Assembly (NCBI RefSeq): GCF_030684315.1
Contig: NC_081367.1
Location: forward strand, 62,373,414 to 62,437,413
Direction of reading: 5' to 3'
Source: Stegostoma tigrinum
Taxonomy: Eukaryota
Length of the DNA stretch: 64,000 nucleotides
The translations under genes were made by a program, and so were the position numbers. The notes under the pieces were generated by a model. The model had not been told where the DNA came from. It did no database searches and was given only the letters and a program-made list of their open reading frames with translations. Shown piece after piece: positions 53,746 to 64,000 of the stretch. The number at the start of each line of letters is the position of its first letter. Within the stretch, counting starts at the first letter, position 1.

Positions 53746-53814
53746 TCTTAATACAATTTTGATTCCAAAATTAGCATTAGGTCTCTTTCAATGTCAAGAT
53801 CACATTTGCATTCA

Positions 53815-54050
53815 CTTAAAAGCAAAATATTGTGCACTCTGGAAATCTGAAATAAAAATATTGAAGCGTTGGAGAAACTTTGCAGGCCTGGCAATGTCTG
53901 TGGAAAGAGAAACAGAATTAATGTTTCATGCCCAGTATCACTTTTCTTTGGCAGAGTTCCTAAGAAGTGCCAAATTGGTTGCAAAACACTAACACTGTTT
54001 GTCTTTCCACAGATATTACCAGACTCCTGAGGTTCTAAAGCACCCTCTAC
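53815..54050. mobile_element. Degraded palindromic Penelope-derived element in the gene B 3' region
   Basis: Arms ggcaatgtctgtggaaagagaaacag and ctgtttgtctttccacagatattacc. Confidence 0.65.
53851..53856 (+). terminator. Candidate polyadenylation signal of gene B (inside a repeat)
   Basis: First AATAAA after the stop codon, about 105 nt downstream. Confidence 0.4.
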
Positions 54051-54291
54051 TCTTAGACCAAATTTGAATATTGAGAGCAGTTGGTAATCTGATCACATAT
54101 GGCATTCCAAAGCTTGTTAATTTTCTTCATTGGACTCTGAGCAAACTACTGCTCAAATTTGCAAATTGCCACACATAAATTTTTTAACTGAACCAATGCA
54201 ATGAGCAATGTTTTTTGAAATGTACATTGCTTCTTTATTTCAAAATATCCCTTGATATAATTAAGAATGGTAATCCGGTGCAGTTTTATTC

Positions 54292-54390
54292 ATAAATGAA
54301 AATAGGAAGAGTTGGAAAATTCAACAAGTCTGGCAGCATCTGTGGAGAGAGAAACAGAGTTAACGTTTCGAGTCTGAAATGACTTCTTCA
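54292..54390 (-). mobile_element. Short hammerhead-core Penelope derivative
   Basis: CTGAAGA-AGTC..GACT-C-GAAACGTT; 12-bp TSD gcagttttattc at 54280-54291 and 54391-54402. Confidence 0.8.
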
Positions 54391-56989
54391 GCAGTTTTAT
54401 TCTTCTTGAGTTCTCTGCTCGACTGCAGGCCCCAAACACAGCAGCATGACTTCCACCATTAGGAGGCAGATCCTGAATCCATCCCAGCTGGAATTGGGAT
54501 CAAATGCCATGCTTTTGGCATCAATCTGATCTAGTACAGCCAACCAGCCAAGTGAGCAACATGGTCCTCAAAAGAGGCTTTGTTGTAGTGGCATCACACA
54601 CATGTTGCATCTGCGAGATAGCAATGGTAATTGCGGAGTCTCTGAAGTGCTTCCCACCACACAGCTGACCGGGAATCTTTCCTGTTCATTACGCCTGCCA
54701 TTGGAGTGTGTTGAAAGGGTAATCACACAGTATGACTGCATTGTAAATGTACCTTCCATGGCCATCCAGTGGGATTTAAGCCCAATAAGGCAGGCAGCCA
54801 TCCAATACTCCAGAAAAACTAATGCAGTTTTATTAACGGGACTGAAAACAAGCTTATTACAAAAATTAAGTTGTCATTTCAGAATGCCTAGTCTGTTGCC
54901 TGTCAGCTACCTGATTTGACCGTAACAGCTACAGAAGATGGTTTTCCACTTTTATTGCTATGCTTGTGTCAGTTTTTTAGTAATGTAATCAAAAGAAGTT
55001 TCCAAGGGGCCAATTGGTATCTTTGTGCTGGGGGTAAATTCATTTGAAGAGCTCAAAGAAGGGCCAGACAGAGGGGCAATTAATGAAAGAAAAATCATAC
55101 TAGTGAGTGGTTCACTTTGGATGCCTGAACACTAGGAAAAACCACCTGGGTATGTTGTAAAGCAGTGATACATTACATACAAAACCTGGAAGAACAGCGG
55201 ATGCTGTAAATCAGGGGCAGAAACAGAAGTTGCTGAAAAGGCTCAGCACATCTGTCAGCATCTGTGAAGTAAAAGACCAGAGTTAAAGTTTCACGTATGG
55301 TGACCCTTCCTCCACATAACAGATAGGCTGGAGTACATTTTGAACTTCTCACTTCAGTGTATAGTAAGGTAATGGAGATGCTGCTTGCTACAGATATCAA
55401 ACAATTTTCAATTGTTGTCATAGCAGCAAAAGACCATTCGGCCTGTTGACCCCACTGTGACATTTAATAAGAATAAGATCTGATGTTACCTTAATTCCAC
55501 TTTGCTGCCATCGTTCTTGACTCCCATGACAATTAAAGTCTAACTCAGCATTGAATGTATTCAAAGACAAGTCTCCACTCCTTGCTGGTGACAGCTCCAA
55601 AGAGTCTTGATCCACGGAGAGAAGAAATCCTTCATCTCCATCTTAAATGTCTTACTGTTAAACTGTCCCCGAGTTCTAGATTTACCCCCATGGCAAAATC
55701 ACCTCTCAGTGCCCATCCTACAAAGTTTATGTAGTAGCTACATGTTTCAATAAGATTACCTCTTAATCTTCTAAACTCAAATAGAATGATTTTCAATCAG
55801 GAAGGGAATCAAGGGTTACATGGAACATGAAGTTGAGGATTATCAGATCCACCATTATCCCATTGAAGGGTGGAGTGCACATCTTTGGCTGAATCACCTA
55901 CTTCTGCTCCCATGCCTTATGATCTAATGAGTATAGGTCCAATTTGCTCAGCTTTTCCTCATAAGACAGCTGGACTTCAAGCATCAGAGGGTTCTATATC
56001 CGAAGGTTATCTACCACATACCTCGGAGGGAATTTAAAACCTCCAGTCATGCAGCCCTTGGGCTGGATCCTACCGGGAAAAATAAAATTGGTTTGTATTT
56101 ACGTAGTGTTTTCCATGACCAACAAACTCTCCAAATTTCTTTCAGCCAATATTGTACTATACCTTCTTAAAAGAACATGAATGAGTCAAAATATTATTTT
56201 TTTCACAAAGTTCAACCAGTTTCCTGGTCACCATTACTGATATGTGTCTTTTATTCTTGGTTTTATTTTAGTCCAGCTTCATTAATTTAATTTAAATTCT
56301 CCACCTTCTATGGTGATGTTGCTGTATCATTAGTTCCTATCTCTAAATCACTGACATTCTCAAATGCATTCTGATCATTTCCTGTTTGGGAACAGGAGAA
56401 TGTTTTGGAACTGACAGAGTTCATTTTACCCAACATGTCCAACACAGATCAATCTCAGATCATCCCTCAATTCCTTCTGTTATCCATAATCACATTTGAT
56501 CGTACCTTGGAACTATTCATGTTACCTGTTAATATTAACTTTAATGTATTGTCTCAATCTGTATATTCGACATACTCATTATAGAGTATTCACAGCAATA
56601 TTGAAGTGCAAGCCATTGTACTCAATAAATACTATCCTGCTGAGGTAACTTTGTCTTATGTTTCAATTGTCAGGAAAATCTCATTCAGAATCATAGGCAA
56701 ACAGTAGGCTCATTATTCTGTTAGATAATATATTCTGATCTGTACATATGTAAATGATGTTTCCCATAGTAGACCAGTTTCATTACTGAAATACTTTTAG
56801 AATTGCTCATGGGTTCAAACTGAAGTTTTTTATTTCACTGTTTGAATTGGAAATATTTCTGGTCCCTTTGGCGTGGTGAAATCTCCATTTTTACTACTGC
56901 CTGCAACGATAGCATCTGGAAACCTGCCAACTTGTGTTGCAACATAAGATGGAAGTGTGAAAAACAGATGCATAGAAAGATCATGATAC

Positions 56990-57548
56990 ACTAGGTGACA
57001 GTTGTACAAAACTTTGGTGAGGTTAATTTAGAGTATTGTGTTCAGTTCTGATTTCCATACTATAAGAAGGATGTGGAGGTTTTAGAGAGGATGCAAAAGG
57101 TGTTAACCGGGATATTATGTGGATCGGAGTGCATTGCATATAAAGAGAGGTTGAACAAAGTTGGATTGTTTTTGCTAGCGCATTGGAAGCTGAAGGGCGA
57201 CCTTCTGGGAGTACATAAAATTATGAGAGGCGTGGATAGTTGGAGCCTTTTTTCACAGAGTAGAAATGTCAAATAGTGGGGGACATAGGTTGAAGGTGAG
57301 AGGAGAAAATTTGAAAGGAGGTGCTCGAGGTGGGTTGTTATGCAAAGGGTAGCAATTGCCAAGGGAGATGGTAGAAGCAATAACAATAGCAATGTTTAAG
57401 ATGCATTTAGAAAGACATGTGAACAGGGAGGGAATAGAGAGATGAGGACTATGTGCAGATAGATGAGATTTAATTACAATGACATCATTGTCAGATCAGA
57501 TGGGGTGGGCCAAAGGGCCTGTTTCTGTGCTGTACTGTTGCATGTATT
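56990..57548 (+). mobile_element. CR1 LINE 3' fragment
   Basis: LEYCVQF, YKERLNKVGLF, LKGDL ORF2 C-terminal motifs and 3' UTR. Confidence 0.88.
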
Positions 57549-57764
57549 AAGGAGGTTGAGCAGCCTATTGTGTCAGTGCTGGCTCCTTGGAGGAGAAATT
57601 TACCAGTCCCTGGCCCTCTCCCAGTAATCCTGCAGTTTCTTCCTTTTCAAATAATAATCCATTTCCCTCATTAATGCCTCAACTGAATGCTGTCTGCCAC
57701 ATTTAGAGGAAGTGCATTCCAAATCCCAACCACTTGCTGCATTAAAAAAAATTCAGTATCCCTG

Positions 57765-58018
57765 TGTAGAACAGATGCTACATCAACCGTCCCTTGGGTA
57801 GGTCAGGCAGTGGGCGAAACAGATGATATATAAATTAAGTGGAATGTAAAACAATCAGTATGTACTGCACCATGTTTAAAGTGAACGCCCACCACCCCTT
57901 GTTTCAGTAAAACAGATTGTTCTCTTCACTATCGACCTCTCAGTGGATTGACGGCGAGAGAGCGTCATCTTCCTCAGTGATAGAAACTGGAACTCATCCA
58001 GCTACCAGTTTCTTAACA
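57765..58018 (+). mobile_element. Possible solo LTR
   Basis: TGTAG...TAACA ends with internal TATATAAA and AGTAAA; no clear TSD. Confidence 0.3.
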
Positions 58019-58149
58019 GCTCTGCACTCAACTCAGTGCAAAAACTGAGGAATAGGTCCTGGATGTTTCTCACATTATTGTCTGTAACTATTCTGGATTA
58101 ACTACCCGATAATATGTAGGGTTTTATTAACATTATTTACGTACATAAA

Positions 58150-59398
58150 GTATATACATAAATATGTCGATTTGTATGAGGAGGTAAATCCCTGCGCTGT
58201 AGTAATATTGTTTTATTGACGTTCCTGTGCCAATGCAAAGTGGTTTGGACTGTGCCAGAGAAATCCAGAGTCATATCACACATGAAGCATTCACCCATTC
58301 CACCACTGACATGTGGTAACTGTTTCATCGACATGGCGTAGAGAAAGCAACTCACCGAAACTCCTTCAACAGCACCTTCCAAATGCACAACCTCAATTGC
58401 CTTGAAGGACAAGGGCAGTAGATGCACAGACATACTACCACTTGGGGTGGCACGGTGGCTCCGTGGTTAGCACTGCTGCCTCACAGCGCCAGGGACCTGG
58501 GTTTCACCCTTGGGCGATTGTCTGTGTGGGGTTTTCACATTCTCCCCGTGTTGACCTGGATACCCTCTGGGTGCTCCTGAGTTCTAAAGTCTATCTTTGG
58601 CAATAGTCTCGACTCCTTTACAGGATGTAAATATCACTGGCTGAGCCAGGATTGATTACCCTTGAGAAGGTAGTGGTAAGCCACCACAGCCTATTGGATG
58701 CAGTGCTGTGGGGAAGGAAGTTCCAGGAGTTTGAACCCAGTGACACTGTATTTCCAAGTCAGGATGGTGAGCAGCTTTGGGGGCAACTTGCAAGATCATA
58801 GAATCCCTACAGTGTGGAAAAATGGCCTTTGGCCCAACAAGTCCATACTGACCCTCAGCGCAAACCCATTCCCCTATAATCCACCTAATCTATACATTCC
58901 TGAGCGCTGCATGCAATTTAGAATGGCCAATTCACCCTGCACATCTTTGGACTTGGGAGGAGGCCATAGCACCCAGAGGGTACCCAGGTCAACACAGGGA
59001 GAATGTGCAAACCCCACACAGACAATCGCCCAAGGGTGGAATCAAACCCGGATCCCTGGCACTGTGTGGCAGCAGTGCTAACCACGGAGCCACCGTGCCA
59101 CCCCAAGTGGTAGTATGTCTGTGCATCTACTGCCCTTGTCCTTCAAGGCAATTGAGGTTGTGTATTTAGAAGATGCTGTTGAAGGAGTCTCGGTGAGTTG
59201 CTTCCTCTGCGCCTTGTCGATGAAACAGTTACCACATGTCAGTGGTGGAATGGGTGAATGCTTCATGTGTGATATGACTCTGGATTTCTCTGGCACAGTC
59301 CAAACCACTTTGCATTGGCACAGGAATGTCAATAAAACTATATTACTACAGCGCAGGGATTTACTTCCTCATATGAATTGATATATTTACGTACATAC
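58150..59398. repeat. Long inverted duplication (arms 58150-58575 and 58968-59398)
   Basis: Near-identical opposite-strand ORFs (58137-58433 minus, 59115-59381 plus); arms include a SINE 5' half plus its flank. Confidence 0.93.
58795..59104 (-). mobile_element. HE1-type SINE (its 5' half is duplicated, inverted, at 58444-58575)
   Basis: tRNA head, V-domain, ccacactgtagggattctatga tail. Confidence 0.88.
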
Positions 59399-60747
59399 TG
59401 CAGGTGGGACTGGATTTTCCCACGATTTCTCTGGGACCCTGGTGTCAGTATTCTGTACTCTCCAGGATGAGGCAGCCTCACAATGTTGCTGGAGGCGGCC
59501 TCTTATTTGACTGCTTTTGAACTTGTTGTCTCATTAAGGACAGAGGAATGGATGTAGACAACTGACAGCCCCAAGGTGCAGAGAAGGATGCTGCTAGAGT
59601 GACTCACACAATGTTACGGTGATCTCAAAGGAGTCAGGATATTTAAAAGAGATGGCCATTGGTGGGCCTTTCGATCAGAGGAGAATGCCTGCCAAGGCCA
59701 TAGGGCTGATGTTCCCTTGTGCAGTCATCCCCAACCCCATCCCAACTCCTCAATTTTGCTATGTAACCACTGGTCTCAGTAGTTCCCATTCCCCTCTGCA
59801 CTGCTGCTAGGAGGTGTCCATCCATGAAACTGACATCCAAAGGCATCATCCTTGATAGGGGCCTTCATGATTTAAATTGGCTGTCTTCCCCTGTACCAGT
59901 GGAAGCTGATCTACGTGCGCTCTTGCCACTGGTAAACAACTCCCATCCCACTTCCCCAGCCCAAAGTGACTGCTACATCTCAGTCCCCTCTTACTTCCCA
60001 GCCCACATTCCCAGGTCAAGGAAAATCCTGCCCTCAAATATCTGAAGCTGACTTCAGGCACACACAAATGCTGCTCTATAGGATGTAATGATTGGTATTA
60101 AGTACCTCTACATTGTTAGGTCATGGGAACATGCAATTACACTGAGAGTAACTGTTGGTAATAATGGTGATCTTTTCTGGCATGCTAAGTAATTGTTAAG
60201 CAAGTGTGGGACTGCATTGGCAAACCATGCTATTGGGCCCCAGGCTCTGGAATACACTCCTTAAACATCTGCACTTTTTCACATTTAAGAAGCTCCTTGG
60301 TACTTAACTTTTTGAGAAGGCTTTTGGTCAATTGTCCTAATTTCTCCTTATGAGCTCAGTGTGAATTTTTGCTGGAAAACATTCCCGTCCATTGATTTGT
60401 GATTTTTGAATGCATTAAATGTGTACACAATTGGAAATTGTCGCCTACAAACATATGAATTAGAGGTAGAGATAGGCCATTTAGCCCTATGGGACTGTTC
60501 CACCATATAATAAGATCATGGCTGAGCTTCTTTTGATCTCAACTCCACTTTCTCACCAACTCTAATAGCCTTTGACTCCCTTGTTCATCAAAGACTTATG
60601 ACCACTGTTCTTTTTTTTACTTTGAGAAGCATGGTACTTTACTCAGTTCGTGCTTATTGTCTTTAAAAAAAAGACTGAAGCACAAATGTTTAAAAATGTG
60701 TGATAACATCGACATTATGAGGCAAAAGTGGATTTCAGGGTTTGCTT

Positions 60748-60761
60748 TGCCATCTAGTGGC
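60748..60761 (-). promoter_or_regulatory. Candidate CTCF binding site
   Basis: GCCACTAGATGGCA matches the CCACYAGRKGGC core, in apparently non-repetitive sequence. Confidence 0.55.
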
Positions 60762-61374
60762 TGACTTGAGAAATAACGCCTTCCATGTCACCATATAAAC
60801 AGTGCAACTTGCAGATGGAATTACTATATTGTGGGTCTGTTCTGCTGTCTACTGTCAATGTAAAGTGCCTTTGTTTAGCAGGCTGTTAAAAGGTCCCACA
60901 TATGCAAAATTGAAGTACGTAGGATTAAGAGTACTGTGCTAACAGGGATAGAGTACAGGTTGGCAGACCAGAAATGAGCAGTAGGAATAAACTGCCAATT
61001 GGGGTATTGCAGGGATCAGTGCTTGGACAACAGGTTTTCACAACACATATTAGAGGTTTAGGTGAGCGAATTAAATGTAATCTTCGACATCTGTAGACAA
61101 CACAAACGTGGGTCAGAGGGTGAACTGAGAGGAGGGTAAAGAGATGCTTCAGTATGATTTGGACAAGTTGAGTGAAAGGGTAAATGCATTGTAGATGAAA
61201 CATAAGGTGGATATATGCAAGGTTATTTATTTTGGTAGCAAAAACTAGAAGGCAGATTATTATTTGAATGGCAATTAGTTGGCAAGTAGGGAGGTGCAAT
61301 GAGACCTAGGTGGCCTCATGCACCAGCCACTGAAAGTAAGAATGTAAGTGCAGCAGGCATTGTAGAAGGCAAAT

Positions 61375-61478
61375 AGCAAACCTGTTCTGATGAAGGGTCT
61401 AGGCCCGAAACGTCAGCTTTTGTGCTCCTAAGATGCTGCTCGGCCTGCTGTGTTCATCCAGCTTCACACTTTGTTATC
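61375..61478 (+). mobile_element. 104-bp Penelope 3'-end insertion
   Basis: Matches the reverse complement of 26096-26187; TSD aaggcaaat at 61366-61374 and 61479-61487. Confidence 0.88.
61384..61417 (+). ncRNA. Minimal type I hammerhead ribozyme motif
   Basis: GUU-CUGAUGA-A-GGGU(CUAG)GCCC-GAAAC-GUC-AGC: intact core, stem II, ACGU palindrome in place of stem III, 3-bp stem I. Confidence 0.72.
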
Positions 61479-61779
61479 AAGGCAAATGGTATGTTGGCTG
61501 TCAGAGTGAGAGAATTCAAGGACATGAGCATGGATGTCCTTCTGCAAAGAACAGGGCCTTATCAGCCACAATTGAATGGTGAAGTAGGTGTGATGAGCTG
61601 AATGACCTAATTTTGCCCTGATATCTCACGGATCTTATGGTCTTAGTGAGACTACAACTGAAGCATTTGTGGCATTTTTGATCTCCTTTTCTGAGAAAGG
61701 ATGTTCATACCATGGAAGGAGTGCAACAAAGGTCTACCAGCCAGATTCCTGGTGGACAGGCCTGATGAGAGACTGGATC

Positions 61780-62289
61780 AGAATTAGAGTTAGACTTAGA
61801 ATCAGCTTTACTGTCACATGTACTCAAACCACTTAGAGTGCCATTTTAGGTGCAAAGGAACTAAGGTGCAGATTCTTAAGTCCAAATTCTTACGGAAAAA
61901 GACAATTAGAAAAATAAAGAAATAAAAAGTTTAGAATAACAGTTCTTCCACTAGTCCACTCTGGGTCTTGACTCTAGACCATACCGAGATTCACCTCAGG
62001 GACCTTGAGGCCAGGGGACTGCTCTGCAATCATCTTGTGGCATGAGATCCATGCTGAGGCCACAATGGATTATTAAGAGATTGTCATGCCAGGCAGGGAG
62101 ACTGCAATGCCAGTTCACGGAGTGACCACCACACCAGGCAGGGAGATAACCACGATGAGCTGAGAGATCACTACACTACGCTGAGGGTAAGAATTCAGGA
62201 CATCACCTAGAAAAAAGAAAGGGAAACAAAGAAAAGAAATGGAAGAAGTGGACCAGTTCCAGCTGAGGACTCCTACTCCAGTGCCATCT
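61780..62289 (-). mobile_element. Unclassified 510-bp non-coding retroposon
   Basis: TSD tggatc at 61774-61779 and 62290-62295; 3' end gagtacatgtgacagtaaa plus short-repeat tail; related fragment at about 2750-2940. Confidence 0.55.
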
Positions 62290-62361
62290 TGGATCGAATG
62301 GGAATATATTTACTGGAGTTTGGAAGAGTTAGAAGGGGGGCATGGGGAGTCCCATAGAAAT

Positions 62362-62677
62362 GGGCGGCACGGTGGCTCAGTGGTTAGCACTGCAGACTGA
62401 CAGCGCCAGGGACTCGTGTTCGATTCTAGCCTCGGACAACTGTCTGTACAGAGTTTGCACATTCTCTCCGTGTCTGCGTAGGTTTCCTTCGGGTGCTCCG
62501 GTTTCCTCCCATAGTCCAAAGATGTGCAGGCTAGGTGGATTGGCCAAGCTAAATTGCCTGTAGTGTGCAGGGGTGTGTGGGTTATGGGGGATGGGTGTGG
62601 GTGGAATGCTCCAAGAGGCGGTGTGGACTTGTTGGGCCAAAGGGCCTGTTTCCACACTGTAGGGAATCTAATCTAAT
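62362..62677 (+). mobile_element. Full-length HE1-type SINE
   Basis: A and B boxes, V-domain, (AATCT)n tail, TSD catagaaat at 62353-62361 and 62678-62686. Confidence 0.93.
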
Positions 62678-64000
62678 CATAGAAATTTATAAAGTTCTAA
62701 CAGGATTCAACAGACTAAATGCATAAATGGTGCTTCCAAAGACCAGAACGCCCAACCAGGTCGCAGAGTTTAAGAATACAATTTCAAGGTAGGGAATTTA
62801 AATCTGATGTGAGGAGAAATTTCTTCACCATGAGAGTGGTGAATCTATGACATTCTCTGCCATAGAAATCAGTTGAGCCAAAACATTGAATCTTTTCAAG
62901 AAGGGGTGTGATATAGTTCTTAAGGTGAAGAGAATCAAAGGATATGGGGTGAAAGTGTGAACAGGATACTGAGTTGGATGATCAACCATAATCACGTTGA
63001 ATAGTGGAGCAGACTAGAACGGCCAAATAGCCTTTTCCTGTTCCTGTTTTCTATGTTTCCAGGCTTCATTAATTAACTTTCATAGCTAAACAATTATATC
63101 TCACCCAACAACTCTAATAATTATAACTCAAATATTGCTGCTGTTGAAAATCTGAAATAAAAACAGAAAATACTGGCTCAGCATGTCTAGCAGTATCTGT
63201 AGCAGGAAACAGAATTAAAATTCTTGTTGAATATGGCTCTATGAGGAAGTACTTTGTATCTCTATGTGTTATTCCAGCATTTTGGTCTATAAAATTATGT
63301 GATTTAAACTAATACCTAATTATTTCTTCTTAAGTTAATAATTCAAAGAAACAACTTGCATTGATATTGTGGCTTTTGGATGGTACTATGCCTCAAAGCA
63401 CTTTACTGCCGCTGATGTACCTTTGAGGTATAGCCACTGATGTAATGTAGCAAACATTCCGTCAATGATACAAGTGCTTGGGAAGTAATTTGTTCACAGC
63501 AAGATCCCACAAACAGCCATATAATACACTTGAAAACCCTGTTACTTGATCAACCAGCATCCCCTGTCTGATTGTATCCGAACTCACATTCAGGGATGGC
63601 TTTAAATTTCCATCTACCCTATCTAAACCATTAAATCCTTTAAAAGTGAAGCATTGAGCTGCAAGAGAAGGAAAATTTGTACAGGTGTGGGCCATTCACC
63701 TTTTTGAATGTCTTTATCCAGTTAACTAGGTTTTGGGAAATCCACATATTTCCTCTGATTAAGTGCTATCATTCCATTTCCTTGATATAAAAGCCTATAA
63801 ATCCAAAATTGACTGGCAGTCTCAACACCATTTTGGGTGAGTGCTCTGTTTTATGCGAAGGAGTGTTTCTGTACATCATTGTTGAATGGCTTGGGTCAAA
63901 TCTTAACATTTTGTTTCCATTTTTTGGACTCCCCCAGAAACTCCTTTAATTATTTCGCAGATAGTAGGAAATGCAGATGCTGGAGAATCTGAGACAACAA

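Larger units (their letters stand above)
60925..63060 (+). mobile_element. Degraded CR1 LINE with three nested insertions
   Basis: RT and C-terminal remnants continue across the inserts at 61375, 61780 and 62362. Confidence 0.85.

Noticed and set aside
58137-59381. Pair of near-identical 88-98 aa ORFs as a novel gene family
   Set aside because: They are chance ORFs in the arms of the inverted duplication, partly in repeat-derived sequence.
62362-62435. tRNA gene
   Set aside because: tRNA-like head of a SINE followed by V-domain, tail and TSD.
1-64000. CRISPR arrays or prokaryotic operons
   Set aside because: No regularly spaced repeat-spacer array; the sequence is vertebrate with spliceosomal introns.

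Overview
Eukaryotic, intron-containing, repeat-rich DNA from a cartilaginous fish (HE1-type tRNA SINEs, CR1/HER1-like LINEs; shark origin is an inference from the repeats). The window holds two six-exon class C GPCR genes of the V2R/OlfC (CaSR-like) chemoreceptor family, arranged head-to-head about 17.9 kb apart. Gene A (minus, 334-10407) is a pseudogene: two in-frame TAG stops, an AG>GG acceptor and a 1-bp frameshift. Gene B (plus, 28289-53745) is intact: 2610 nt spliced, 869 aa, all introns GT-AG. Much of the rest is nested retroelements: CR1 and L2 LINEs, HE1 SINEs, two Penelope-like elements with GIY-YIG endonuclease, and probable solo LTRs. The most striking non-genic signal is a dense set of 90-350 bp Penelope-derived insertions carrying a minimal hammerhead-ribozyme core, with 7-16 bp target-site duplications; some are palindromic and centred on the ribozyme core. 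Also present: a 430-bp templated copy of gene B intron 1, a 1.25-kb inverted duplication, a good CTCF motif and a 162-N gap. Repeat boundaries are read by eye and approximate.
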